Origin: Callorhinchus milii
Taxonomy: Eukaryota
Assembly (NCBI RefSeq): GCF_018977255.1
Contig: NW_024704742.1
Location: 58,964,001 to 59,028,000, forward strand
DNA length: 64,000 bases
Direction: 5' to 3'
Positions 13,742 through 26,935 of this stretch are shown in pieces. A program made the position numbers and the translations under genes. The notes below the pieces were generated by a model. It ran no database searches and had not been told where the DNA came from. It was given only the letters and a program-made list of their open reading frames with translations. Positions within the stretch are counted from its first letter, which is position 1. Each line of letters opens with the position of its first letter.

Positions 13742-16110
13742 ACCCTGACTCCCTTGAAATCCAGGGTTGTTTCCAAACCCACCCCACTTCCTCTGATACA
13801 ACAGTCATCTCCGCTCATTCAAAACACAAACCCGGATGCTTGAGCATAGATGGCAGAAATCCAGCCTCACAATTCACCGCCAGCTGTGCCTCGAGCCCCT
13901 CTGCACCTACCGCCTCTCCCTTTCACAGGCCAAAACTGACTTTTACATTAAAGTCATCCTGGAGACGAAAAACAATCCAAAAATGCTGTTTTCCACCATC
14001 CATCACCTTCTCCGTACACCCCTCAAGTCCCCTCTATCCTCACATCAAACGCCTCAAAGATTGAAAACATTCACTTGACTGCAAAACACATCAGAACTGG
14101 GGCATGTTGGGAGGGAGAGGTTTTTAAGGATAAGTTGAGAGGGGGAGGCAGGACAAGGAAGACAAAGAAGACAAAGAAGAAGAAAAAAAGAGAATGTGCT
14201 AGTTGATGGGTTGAATAGGTGATAGTGGCATAAAACAAAAGGGTGGATGGGCTGAAACAAAACTGAGGAGAAGAGGTGTTAATAGTGCTGACCAAGCAAC
14301 ACACCAGAGAGAGACTAAGCGTGTCTGGGGTGATGATTGTATCAATAACAGAAGATAACTCTTCTGGTAACAGAAAGAGGGGGAAGTGGGGAAAGTGAGC
14401 TGTTATGGTCTGAAGTGGCTGAAATCAATATTAAGGCCAGAGGGCTATAGGGTTCCCTGCAGATAGATAAGATGCTGTTCCTCAAACTTTGGCTGTGGAT
14501 CATTGGAACAGTGTAGGAGACCATGGATGGAGAGATCAGACTGTGAATGGGAGTGTGAGTTAAAATGGCAGGAGTCCGGAAGATCAGCGTTGACCTTGCA
14601 TGCAGAACGGAGGTGTTCTGCAAATCGGTCACGCAATCTGAGCGTAGTCTCCCCAATATAGAGGAGAACACACCGTGAGCAGCGGATACAGTATACTACA
14701 TTGGTGGTAGTACATGTAAACCACTGTCTTACATGGAAACTGTGTTTGGGGTCTGGGAGGAGGTGAAAGGGCAGGTATTACATGTCCTGCGCTGGCATGG
14801 AAAGGTGCCGGGGGGAGGAGAGCAGCTGGTAATACTGAAGGCAGAATTAACTAAGGAATCCCAGAGGGAATGATCTCTTCGGAATGTGGGGAGGGGAGGG
14901 GAGGGAAATATGTGTTTGGTGGATGAGTCACGCTGGAGTGTCGCATTCACTTGGCTGCATCATCCTCCACCCCCCACGTCCCCTTTCACCCCACCCAGAC
15001 CATCCACACTGCCTTCTCCCTCTGCCAATGGCTCCCCCCACTCCCCCTCCTTACACTCCTTTGCCCCCATTTCTCCCTCCTCCTTCCAACCACAATCACC
15101 TGGATGAAGTTCGCCACCTGCTGCCTCGACGCCCCTCCCACCCAGCTGCTGGTCACTCACTCCCACTTCTCTCCCCATGCTGGCCAACATGGTCAACCAG
15201 TCTCTCTCCTCAGGCTCTGTTCCACTCCCGCTGAAAACCGCTGTTATCAAACCTCCCCTCAAAGAAACCACCCTCAATCCCTCTAATCTCTCACACTACG
15301 TCCCATCTCCAACCTACTCTTCCTTGCCAAAGTCCTGGAATTCATTGTTACAGGCCAACTTTGGTCACACCTCTCCTTCCATTCCTCCTCAAGTCCCTGC
15401 AGTCTGGTTTTGGTCCTGCCCACAGCACAGAGACAGAGCTTGTCAAAGTTACAAACAACATCTTCTCTATCTGTGACCAGGGCTTCCTCTGCCTCCTCGA
15501 CCTCATAGATCTCTCTACCACATTCGACAAAGTCAACCACAAAATCCTCCTCCCCTGCCTCACCTCCCTAGTCCACCTTAGTGGTTCGCACTCACATGGT
15601 TCGAGTCTTACTTAACCAACCACCTTCATTTCATCTCGGCAAATGGATTCTCCTCCCGCACCCTCCTGGTCAGCTGTGGGGTACCCCAGGGCTCCGTCCT
15701 TGGCCCCCTTCTTTTCCTTATCTATATGCTCCCTCTGGGCAATGTCATCCGCAGACACGTGTTAAACTTCCACATGTATGCGGATGACACACAAATCTAC
15801 TTTGCCTCCTCCAGTACCAACTCAGCTTCTCTGGCAGACATCAAGGCCTGGATAAGTGTAAACTTCCTGCAGCTGAATGTGGACAAGACAGAAGCCATAC
15901 TCCTTGGCTCCCATCAATGTCTTCACTCCTATGGATCTGAACTCCACAACCTCCCTGGACTCTCCCTCACATTCACCGAATCAGTGTGCAATCTAGGCGT
16001 CGGGTTCGACCTCCAACTGTCCTTCCTCCCCCACAGCTGGCTCGGAGTCAGGCTCTGCCACTGTTAAGCACCCTGAGATGTTACCCTGTGTGGAGGGCGC
16101 TATTTATCAC
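13742..16110 (+). mobile_element. L2 LINE ORF2 fragment (subfamily B), split by a Penelope insertion
   Basis: RT motifs QSGF...HSTETELVKV, LDLS..FDKVNH, YADDTQIY, LQLNVDKTE; colinear with the reverse complement of 43270-45260. Confidence 0.93.
14084..14943 (-). mobile_element. Penelope-like element fragment (GIY-YIG endonuclease region)
   Basis: Minus strand reads C..C.TCP, NVVYCIRCSRCVLLYIGET and RDRFAEHLRS...HFN; flanked by the 16-bp TSD CATTCACTTG(A/G)CTGCA. Confidence 0.92.
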
Positions 16111-16689
16111 ACATCCCTGAATTCTCACAATGAATCTGTAGTGCAACAGCATATTGCTTATTCTGTTCCTAAAGACTGGCATCGGACCTGAGCAACCCAT
16201 CCACACCTTCCCTCATAAGGTGAACACAGTGGTTTGGTCCTCGGTACAACTTGTAAAAAAAAAACCTTAGCAGATTTGTTTTTTTTTGTTCAATTCTTGA
16301 GTCAACATGTGAACACTTCCAGAGGATACAGCTGGTCTGCACACATTTTTTAAACTCAAAAATCCCTTATTAAATTTTAAATTTCACCAGGATCAAGGGG
16401 AACGCTGCTGTGGGGAAGGTGTCTGATAGAGGATGGTTACATTGCAGCAAACTGTGATTAAAGTCTTGCAATGGAAATACATCTGTTCGCACTTGAGGTC
16501 ATTGTGAAGAACACAGCGGAAAAAAAATACAGTTATGTAACACTAACTTTGTTGCATACGTATTGCTTGTGTAGATTTATATTTTGTCTGAAAGCAATGA
16601 AAACTGCAAATGAACAAAGTGCCCTATTTTGTGTCAAAATTTCTCAAAATATTTTGTAGAATAATTGATGTCAAGTTTAGTAACTGTTT

Positions 16690-16980
16690 TTCTAGGTAAA
16701 TATGGCAGCTACTTGTACCAGCAAGATCCCACAAACAATCCTGAGGTGGATGATCAGTTAATTTGGGGATTGTTGGCCAGGACACTGAGGAAGAAACAAC
16801 CTTCTCTTTTCAAATAGTATCAAAGGACTTTAATATCAAACTGCGGAACACACAGATAGGACCTCAGCTTAAAATTTCATCCAAAAGATGGCACAGGACT
16901 CTCCCAATACAACACTGGAGTGTCAGCCTGGATGGTAACCTTCAAATCTGACGTATAAATAAAGTGCTAATATTTGAGCC
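16690..16980 (-). mobile_element. Old DeuSINE
   Basis: CAGCAAGATCCCACAAAC, TTGGCCAGGACAC and ACACTGGAGTGTCAGCCT motifs. Confidence 0.75.
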
Positions 16981-17119
16981 AGAGCAAGATTATTATGTCT
17001 GCACACAATTGAAGTATTTGCTGAGCTAATCTGGAAATGCTTTCTGCTTCATTTTAGTTGAGCATGCTTCCAATGTGTCAGAAATACTGCTGGGTATAAG
17101 ACCATAGACCACAGAAATG

Positions 17120-17441
17120 TAATAATAATAATAATCCTTGCATTTGATATAGTGCTTTTCACGTCGGGAGAACGTCCCAAAGCGCTTCACAGAACACACT
17201 GTAAAGTGAATTGACTGTATATTTGTGGGCGAATGCGGCAGCCAATTGCGCACATCAATGTCCCACAAACAGTCGTAGATTGAAAATGATCAATTTATTG
17301 TTGTTTTTGGTTTTTGGAGGGATTATTATTAGGCTCTGTGTGGAGTAAGGAAACTTGCCCAAGGTTTCGCCCTGCCTGGATTTGAACTTAGGTCTCTCGC
17401 TTGTAAAGCGAGTGCTCTAACCACTGAGCTACAGGACTCCA
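17120..17441 (-). mobile_element. Young full-length tRNA-derived SINE
   Basis: A box TAGCTCAGTGG, B box GTTCAAATCC and (ATT)n tail; near-identical to five other copies. Confidence 0.96.
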
Positions 17442-17840
17442 AAGAGGGGAGAGAGGGGGCAAGGTGGAGGGATTGAGGGAAAGTGTTCCAGAGTTGTGGG
17501 GTGTAGTGGCTGAAAGCGCGACTTCTGATGGTGGGGTGGAGGGTGCGAGGGACGAGCAGGAGGCTGATACCAGTCGAGCGGAGGAGTGGGTGGTGGATTG
17601 GAGAATGAAGAGGTCGGAGAGGTAGAGAGGTGCCAGAGAGTGAATGGATTTGAACACGAGTGTGAGGATTTTGAAGTTGATCCATTTGGTGATGGGGAGC
17701 CAGTGGAGCCTGGCCAGTACTGGTGAGATGTGTGTATGGAGTTTGGTCCAGGTCAGTATGGGGCAGCAGAGTTCTGAATGAGCTGGATCTTTTGAATGGC
17801 GGAGTTGGGGAGACCGGTGAGGAGTGCATTGGAGCAATTG
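17442..17840 (-). mobile_element. L2 LINE 3' fragment (subfamily B)
   Basis: HISPVLARLHWLPITKWINFKILTLVFK. Confidence 0.92.
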
Positions 17841-19379
17841 AATAAAGGCACTATATCAAATGCAAGGATTATTAAAACCGAACAGAAACAACATCAGAGT
17901 TTGAATTCTCATCTTATTTCTTGACAATTAAGATTTATTAAAACCCATAAATTTTAATACCACATATCCTAAGCCACACACACAGAAGTGGAACAACTGG
18001 AAGTATATTGAATTATTTGGTGGTGTCTGGTTCTTAACAAGTTATTCAAAAGACAGTCTGCCTGCTCCAAAACCAGAGGAGTTTCATTTTAGTTTGGGGC
18101 TTTAAAGGTTGATGAAGCTAGCCTGCAGTGTAAATCCACTAGTTCCACAAACCAGGAGGCACCAACTTCCAGTTTTGAGCTCGGATTACAGATCCGGGGT
18201 TTAGCTTTAAACAAGGGACAAAATAGACCTCTAATCCTAGTGACTCAATTAATCACATAAACTTCTGATCCTTAACTCAATTATAATTAAATCTTTCAAT
18301 TAACTTAAACCTTTCAACAGCAAAGATTTTTTTCTCTTTCTCTAAATCACAGGAAGTAATTTTGAAGAGTCCAAAGTTTTAATTTGCTTTGAACATCAAG
18401 TACCAACAAACTCTGGGATGTTGTATTCCGATGGCTGTGTGTTGCATTTTCAATAATTCGAATGAGCTCAGGCCAATTGTAATACAGCTCCCAATGGACG
18501 TGAACTCACAGCAAAACATCCATTAGTTGTTGCTAATTGTTGATATCTTACTTTCAGGGCTGGCATCAGGGCTGACAGATATCTGACTGCAACAGTTGGG
18601 TTTCTTTTCTGAGCATGAAGTTAAGACATATTTCTATGGGGTGCTGCCCATAAGTAAATCCACGTAATGAGAGTCACTACTATTCAAAAAGTATTTCACT
18701 GCATGAAGTGCTTTGAAATGTTGTGAAGCAACAAGATGCAAAATGTAAAATGCAAGGATTATTATAAGATGCCAAATCAAATGAATTTATATTTTGTTCA
18801 TACTCTGTCTGACCCAGCAGGGATTAATAAGTCAAAGTTTCCCTTCACCTCAAAGAGTGTGTTAATTAAAAAAGGCCTTAACTTCATAACAACATTCCTC
18901 TGATAACATCAAATATCCAACTTTTTTTCCATTTACCACTTAGCAAGAGATTTTATGGAAAGAAAACTCAAAATCTAACTTTCATTTTCCCCATTATATA
19001 AGAAGAAAAGCTGAGAGAAAGAATGTTACTCTTTCAAGATTGAAGAGAAAGTATCCACTTGTTTTTAGTAACACCGCTTTTCTGTAGTTGTTTCCTTCAA
19101 TACGGTCCTGACTAACTTGTTTTTTCTGAAGCCCTCCTCACCGCCTGCCATCTATCCTCCATAAACAACAATTCATCCAAATCTCCACAGCCCATATTTT
19201 GCTATACACTAGGTTCTGCACATTCATAACTCCATCATTGCTAGTCTCCACTGGTTCTCAGTACACCAGTGGATCATCTGAGCCCTCAGCCTCTTATCTT
19301 CAAATCACCTACAGCAAAAATAGTTCCTCATCATTTATCCATGAATTCCTGTAGCATACGCCAGCCACCTCCACTCTCT

Positions 19380-20552
19380 CAAAGCACAGGTGCATATGCC
19401 ATCAAACGCACCTGGCTCAAATCTAATTTAACGGTCTACCAGAAGATCTGGCTGGATCACATCAAAACTTACCACTCCACCCTCAACTCCGTTAATACGT
19501 CCTTCTACTCCGAGATAATCTTGGAGGCCAAGGACAACCCAGGCTTCTCTTCTCCACCACCAAATGGCTCCTCGACCCACCCTCTCATGCCTCCCCCATC
19601 CCCATCATCCAATGCTCAGCTGCCTCTACCCTTCCAACTCCTACCTCCTCCCCATCTCTCACTCAAGCTCTGGCTCCTACCCATCCCTCCCTCCACACCT
19701 TCGAACCTGTCTCTCTCACCACCGTTATGACCTATATGAAACCACCACTTGACTCTCTCGACTTGATCTCTACCCCTCTCCTTACCTCGCAGCTCCACTT
19801 CCTTATCCCTCTACTCACAGACCTCATCAACCTCTCCCTGTCCACTGGCACCATCCATACCCCCATAAAAACAGCCACCATCACTCCTATCTGCAAAAAA
19901 CCCTTCCCTGGACCCATCCCTGCTTTCTGAGGTCTTGGACCGAGTTGTTGCTTCCCAGATTCACTCCTTCCTCTCCTGTCAACTCTCTGCTTGTCGGCCT
20001 TCCCAACTCTTCCCTCCACAAGCTGCAGATCATCCAGAACTCTGCAGTTAGTGTCCCTTCCTGCTCTAGGCTCTGTGACCCCATAACCCCCACTCTCGGC
20101 CACTGGCTCCCCATCCTCCAGAGCATAGAGTTCAAAATCCTCGTCCTAACCTTCAAGGCCCTCTACGGCCTTGATCCTTCCTAACTCTGTGACATGCTAA
20201 CCCCATATCAACCTGTCCACTCCCTCCGCTCTATAGGCTCCCAGCAACCCTGCTCCATATCCCCCGTCAGGCCCGCCCATCATCGGCAGTCAGGCCTTCA
20301 AGCTTTCTGCCCCCACACTTTGGAACTGCATCACACAGTTCCTTCGCTTTGCTGCCTCCCTTGCCTCCTTCAAGGCACATCTCAAGACCCTTCTCTTTGA
20401 CTGTGTATTCGGTCACCGTCCTACCCCTTCCCTCCCTGTCCTCCACCTTCCTTGATGCCAACCCCCTGCTCAGGTGCAAAACCATGACTGTCCAGCACTT
20501 TGGGATGACCCCCCAAAAAGAAAGGCACTAAACAAATGTAATTTATTGTTGT
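19380..20552 (+). mobile_element. L2 LINE fragment with large internal deletions
   Basis: KIWLDHIK, INLSLSTG, LQIIQNSA, HWLPILQSIEFKIL; tail near 20490-20550; RT core missing. Confidence 0.88.
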
Positions 20553-20781
20553 TTTAGTATTGCTTAGAATACTTGGCTTACAAGGGAGAACCTGTGTTCA
20601 ATTCTTGGACAGGGCGAATAATAAGGCAACCAAAATTGTACACCATACTCTAGGGTAGGAACTGGACAGTGCTATGTACAAATTGCATATCACTTCCTGT
20701 AATTTATGCTCATTTGTTTTTCTGAGAACAAAGTTACAATTTTAAGAAAGATTTTTTATTCCTATCAGAAAATTAGTTATA

Positions 20782-21090
20782 AACAACAACAACAACGTTA
20801 CATTTATAGAGCACCTTTCACGTCAGGAGGACGTCCCAAAGCGCTGAACAGTCAAGTGTCAGGGCCTGAGCATGGGGGAGGGGTGGTGTAGGGGTGAGGG
20901 ATGGCAGAGAGGTGGGAGGGAGACCAAAGGCATGATCGAAGAGAAGAGTCTTGAGACCGGCTTTGAAGGAGGCAAGGGAGGAAGCGAGGCAAAGGGACCG
21001 TGGGATGGAATTCCAGAGTGTGGGCGCAGAGAGGCTGAAAGCCCGGCCACCGATGGTAGGGCGGGTTGGGCGGGAGACATGGAGCAGACC
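20782..21090 (-). mobile_element. L2 LINE 3' end
   Basis: GGRAFSLSAPTLWNSIP...FKAGLKT plus tail and (TTG)n. Confidence 0.92.
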
Positions 21091-22379
21091 GAAGTTATCA
21101 GAGTGTGTTTCAGTGATGGGGCAGAGTAAGAATATGCTGACAATCTCAACTACTTCAGTCGTGGTGTAAAATTGCTCTTTCAAAGGTAAAATCCCAGTGC
21201 TCAGTTTTGAAACTGAGCTGCACCATCTTTAATAAGGGAAACTTTATGATCAAGTCATGCTTTTTTTCATTCCCATGATGTACAGCCACAGTGAATAGAA
21301 ACCGTTTGTTTTTCCCCCTCCTAAAATTGCTAATCACTAACAGGATAAAACGGAACAGCAAAACTGAATAGAAAAGTTCACTCTCGGCAACTGTGGTGAC
21401 CACATTTGGTAACAGTTAACCCAACATGTCTTCGATCAGGGTTCAGCTTACCTCTTGTCGCACCGTATTTGATATCGATATCTGAAGCATGACCAGGGTA
21501 GGTTCAGCTTCTCCTAGACTGACAGCAAAGGTTTGTGTGAAATAAGACTTTTGTCTATCCTGTGTTTTAATTTTACTGTAAGCCACACAGGCTAAATGCA
21601 AAAAACTAGAAGATGTAATTCCAGATGTAGTGTGTGACATGACTTCAAGCCACAAAATATAACAGAGCTACTGATAGAAACCTACCACAATTCCTCTGAA
21701 ATACTGCGGGCTCCAATGTACAGAGAATGACACCACGTAAAGCCTACAACAGGAAAATGCCCTAACATTAGCCCCTGAAGAGTTAAACAATGCATGGTTG
21801 AAAAGATTATGGGAGGAAAAATATGATAATTTGATATTAATTTTATTATGATATTAAAATTTGATATGGGATACCAGTCACTTTATCGGATACCATGAAT
21901 AGAGGAACCCTTTTATAGCACCCTTCGAGATAGGGCTTCCTCCCTTACCCAGTGTGTGTGCACTGTGGACGTATGCTAACTGGAAGCACAGTACACCAGC
22001 ATTCAGCGCTGACAGGCTGACTCCCATGCTAACAAAATGGCTGACTAATAGGTTGTCAAGCTGCCACTGAAGTTACTTCCTGCACATTGGGTGCGTGCAT
22101 GCAAAATGCAGGGAATGCCGTCAGCGGCAATCCAACTGTCAGGGTTATGAGTGGACCATTTTGTTTCTAATGCAGGGTTTGAGTATACAATGTCTCATTG
22201 CCCTATATATAAAAAATCAAATGGGAACATCAAAACAAATCAATACACTTTGAATTCCTTTGTACCGGGGACAATTGATTTCGTCATTTGCAAACCTCGA
22301 GTTTACATTTTCTGGTTACATTTGATAAAACAGGTCTGATTGCGTTCACTTGCCAGCAACTTATTTGATGACTCACTTG

Positions 22380-22600
22380 TTTAAATCAAGGCTCAGTGAG
22401 GTGTACACCAGGATAGTCTCAGGTTAAACCTCTGGTACCTTCTGATTTACCTGATCTCAGAAATTATGGCAGTTGCAACAACCCCACATTTGATCTCGCA
22501 CCTCCAGGCAAATCCCAGGAGAGAATAAACAACATGTGTGTGTGCATGGAAAGAAGATAGGATTAGACACGGATGTCATTTGTACCCCACCCCCCATACT
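22380..22600 (+). mobile_element. Possible ancient SINE remnant (AmnSINE2-like, tentative)
   Basis: CCTGATCTCAG and flanking sequence loosely resemble my recollection of that family; not verifiable here. Confidence 0.25.
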
Positions 22601-22669
22601 AAGCCAAAACACTCTTGAGGAGAAATTCCATTTGGGCCCTTACTTACCCTATTTATACAGCATTTTAGC

Positions 22670-23185
22670 TTTCACCTCCTGCTTCGATTTCTCCAAAGCA
22701 CTCCTCACCGGTCTCCCCTACTCCACCATTTACAAGGTCCAATTGATGCTAAACTCTGCTGCCCGTATCCTATCCCAAACTCTGTGCCCCATCACCATAG
22801 TCCTTGCTGGGCTCTCTGTCATAGAACAGATTGATTTCAAGATCCTCACACTCTCCTTCAAATCACTTCTGACCTGGCACCTGCTTACTTCCGCAGCTTG
22901 CTCAAACCGCACTACTCTATTCATCCCCTTTGCTCGACCGGCTTGTCCCTCAATCCTTCTGTTCCAGCCATGCCTTTAGCCACTACACCCCAAACCTCTG
23001 GAACTCTCTGCCTCAAAACCTCTGCCTTGCTCCTTCTTTACTCATTTTCAGATCGTACCTGAAGACTTTCCTCTTCAATGGTTCCTCTCCTTTCTCCTTG
23101 GCTCAGGGTCAAACTACACCATTATTCAGTGCTCTGAAATGCTATCCTGCATGAACGGGGCTGTTTAAATAGACTTTGTTGTTGC
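22670..23185 (+). mobile_element. Degenerate L2 3' fragment
   Basis: VQLMLNSAARIL, IDFKILTL, AFSHYTPNLWNSLP. Confidence 0.88.
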
Positions 23186-25511
23186 TGTCCAGAATTTTTA
23201 AATGCAGTTTTGATTCTGATGCCATTTTTCTCTACGTTTATTTTAAGAGCTGGAGAAACATAAATGTAAAGGTTGAATTCAACAATTTCCCAAATTCTGG
23301 ACACTTGAAATATAATAAATCCAGACCAAGGTGGTATTTTTTCTCTTAGATGTCTGAGGACTCAGAAGGAGGCAATGCCTTTTCTGCTTCCCTGAAGGTG
23401 CTATCTTTTTACCACTCCCTTGTCTTTTCCCGACTGACTTATGCATGGGATTATGTGTAAATCAATGTGCATAGGCAATGCTGGTTGTGGGCATGTTAAG
23501 ATAGATCGCAATAATAATGTTTGCATTTGATATTCCACCTTATCATGCCGTCGAGATGTCTCACAGGATTTACTGTAAAATGGTGTGACTGTATTCTGTG
23601 GGCGAACGTGGCAAAGATTCAGAGGAAAGGAGATGCATAGCTAGTCCTACGCAATAGTTGCCTGAGGAATCAGTTCAAGCTCTGCATCACAACAGGATAA
23701 GCCAAGCTAAATTTTGTGGTTCAAACTGTGTAACCGATACACTTTTTCCCTTTGACAGACATTGCTGCTGGATGACATAAATACAGATTCATCAACAGGG
23801 AATAAGACAAATAACTGATTTACCTTTGAAGAGCTCAAGCCTTAATTACTGCAAAAGCAATGTAATGATGTTTCAATTGTGCTGAATCAGACAGCAGTTT
23901 AAGAGAGTTATTGCTGATTTGAAGGGGATGGTTCAACTTAGACCAGATGAGCTGGAGAGTAATGGATACCTGTGAGCGATTATGAAGCAGTAATCTAATT
24001 GAAGGCTCAGATGATTTCATAAAGCATAAGAGTACAAACTAAGCACTTTGTGGCCATCATTTTAACCCTGACATCACATTACAGCCTTGAAATCATCACC
24101 CGAATATCTGTTATTATTTATAGTATATGTGGTTCCAATATTATGTAGGGGGTTATTTTGGTTCTGGTTATTCCTTGGGTCAGGAGCAGCAATCCATCAA
24201 GACCCAGAGGATGTCAGTTCTTCCCAACAATCCTTGATTCATGAAGATATTCACACAAGTGGAGTATTAGGAAATAACCTGCAGTTGATTAACAGGAAAG
24301 TCGAGGTCGTGTATATATTACAGCAATAAAAATAGAGCAATAAAATAAAAAAGAAAGACGAGTGATGTTGATCTATTGTCCAGATGAGGTTGATTAAATA
24401 CATATACAAATATCTGTGACTTGCTGAGTAATGTAGAACATACTGTTTATAATCTAGTTATTTTGGTACCATGCCAATTTTGTTCTCATTCAGAAGTAAC
24501 TTGAAGCCGAATTCCGCCGGAATTGGAATATTGCATTCTGAGAAGCAGTTCTCAAAGTTTAAAAGGAATTAGGCCCCAATCAGTGAATTGATCAGGTCCA
24601 TGCAACTCTGATCTTTTTCAGATCAAGTCTGATCGGAACATGATGGGAGCGAATGTTGCTACAGGTGGATTTACAGGTAGAAAGCATTTTTATTCCACAC
24701 ATTCCAGTGTTTAGCAGTCCTGGAAGGAATCTTCAATTTTTTTTTCTTTCCCCCTGAATCTGTTTTTGAGTCGTTCGTAAGACTTTTGTGCTGTGATCAT
24801 GTGCAGAGATAAATACCTACACATTTTTTGTCATGCAATTTTTGGAACTCAGACACTTTTATATTGTTAAATAGAGGCGCCATCAAGTGCTCTATTAAAT
24901 ATGTTCCATCTGAGTTTGTGAAGGAGCATAAGAGCATAAGGCTTTGCTTTCAAAGCATTCCATTAGGAAGGAATATTCCTTTTCCACAGTTAAACAAAGA
25001 CAGGCATTCTTATTTCGTGCCAGCCATGTTCCTAGCTGGTGCTGATTTCGCCTTTACCACTGTCACATCTCCTAGAAGAAAGTAACTAAATCAAAGGTTA
25101 TTGGTTTATACTGGTTGTTCAACACAGCAATCCTTTCATTACATCCTTCTAATGGAAAACCTTATTGTGAAGACAGAAAAAGATTGCATTTTTTAAAGAT
25201 TAGCATAAGTTAAACCTCAATCTTCTGTGACTGACTTTTGGGCACTCCACACAAAGGTGGATTTTATGTATTACTGCTCTTAGGTTACAGAGCTGTCATG
25301 AACAGGATAACTTTCTCTAGAAGGATTGGCTGCTGATTGCAGTAGTGGACTTCCTCCCTGTCTCTGGAGACAGTGAATATGAGAACTCCAATATTAGAAA
25401 ACAAAGTTGTAATTCATATTTTTGTAAATAACTATACGTGTGTGCATTTACACACTGCCACGCAGTTCCTCCCCTCTCCCCCCAACTCAGGCACCCAATG
25501 ATATATAAATA

Positions 25512-25722
25512 ATAAAAAAAATCCTTACATTTGGTATAGTGCCTTTTATGTCTGGAGGATGCCTCAAAGCGCATCACAAGATATACTGTAGCATAGTGAC
25601 TATTTTTGTGGGAGAATTTGACAGCTGAATTGCACATACCAATGTCCCACAAACAGCCATGAAGTGAATGACCAATTTTATGAGGGGATTGTTGGCCAGG
25701 ACAAAACTCCAACTCTTCCAAA
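25512..25722 (-). mobile_element. Deu-domain SINE fragment
   Basis: Reverse-complement tail plus AATGTCCCACAAACAGCC. Confidence 0.82.
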
Positions 25723-26764
25723 TTGGTGGTGGTGTTGTGGACTGTGCCTCACAATGTAGATGAATTAACAACACCAGCAGCAAGAGGGTATTATGGAGCT
25801 GTTGGTGGTTACCACAATATTACAACAACATAAGTGAAGCTTATAGGACTGAACAGAACTTGCCCCATTTTGCAAGTACAAGAAAAGGCGTAAGGTTTCC
25901 TTTGAAACAGTAAATTGTAAAACAAAAGATCTACTACCTGGTGAGGCTTTGATTCTTAGAAGATATTAATAATTTACTGTTATGCCTCTGAAGTAAGTAA
26001 GGCAATGTGCTCTATTCACTGCCGAGGTGGGAATGTGTTCTTCATTAAAAAAGGTTTCATATTTACACATGTTCACGGAGAGGTTGGAAAGCAAACTGCG
26101 GACTCCTACAATCCCTGGAATGAAAAAAGGACCACAAAAACAGGAATCTGAATGCAGATCCTTTTGGTGATCTTCTTTTCGATCTCAGGTTATTCACCTT
26201 TTATTCCTCTCTCCTCTCCTGTTCGGGTGGGTAAGAGCTGATGGTCCCTCCTGGTTAACAAAATACAGAAGCATATCCAATGCAAAGTGCAGCTCCTGGA
26301 GCTGTTTTGAACGGAAAAATAAATTGTTCCAGGATGAGACACACTCACCTCAGAGACCGCCAGCAGGAAATCCTAATGGGTCAACTTGAGAGAGGGTATT
26401 AAAGTGAGCAAGTGGCCAGAGGGAGGGATTAGTAAAATGTATCATTTTTACATGGGACTTGCATGCTACTTTGACCTTTAAAACTATGGATTCCAGCCTT
26501 TACAACAACTGATAAGTGGATATTTGTAGTTAACAAGGAGAGTGAAATATTGGTGTAACAAAGCTTAAGACTTGAAAAACTTTGACCTTCTTTTGACAAA
26601 AATTCCCTTCAATGGTTTTATGTTTCAGAAACCCCTGGCCTCTTTCTCAGATTCAGGCCAACTGCAAGAGTTACAAAACAACTTGAGACACATGAAGATT
26701 TTTTCCTCCAACAGCACATATTAGATCTGCAAATCTACCTAGTCTTAGCCTTTTAAAAAAAATA

Positions 26765-26935
26765 AAAATTGTTCACTTCAATCTATGACTGTGGGACACT
26801 GCTGTGCACAATTGACTGCCACAATTATAAAATATACAGTCAATTTACTGTGTAGTATATTCTGTAAAGCGCTTTGAGATGTCTCGCAGACATGATAAGG
26901 TGCTATATCAAATGCAAGAATTATTATTATATTAT
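26765..26935 (+). mobile_element. Deu-domain SINE 3' fragment
   Basis: GTGGGACACTGCTGTGCACAATTG...GTGCTATATCAAATGCAAG. Confidence 0.85.

Noticed and set aside
20558..20572. TATTGCTTAGAATAC resembling miR-137
   Set aside because: It has a deletion relative to the miRNA, a different 3' end and no precursor hairpin.
23759..23818. + strand acceptor followed by TLLLDDINTDSSTGNKTNN*
   Set aside because: Short, with no supported upstream exon and no recognisable homology.
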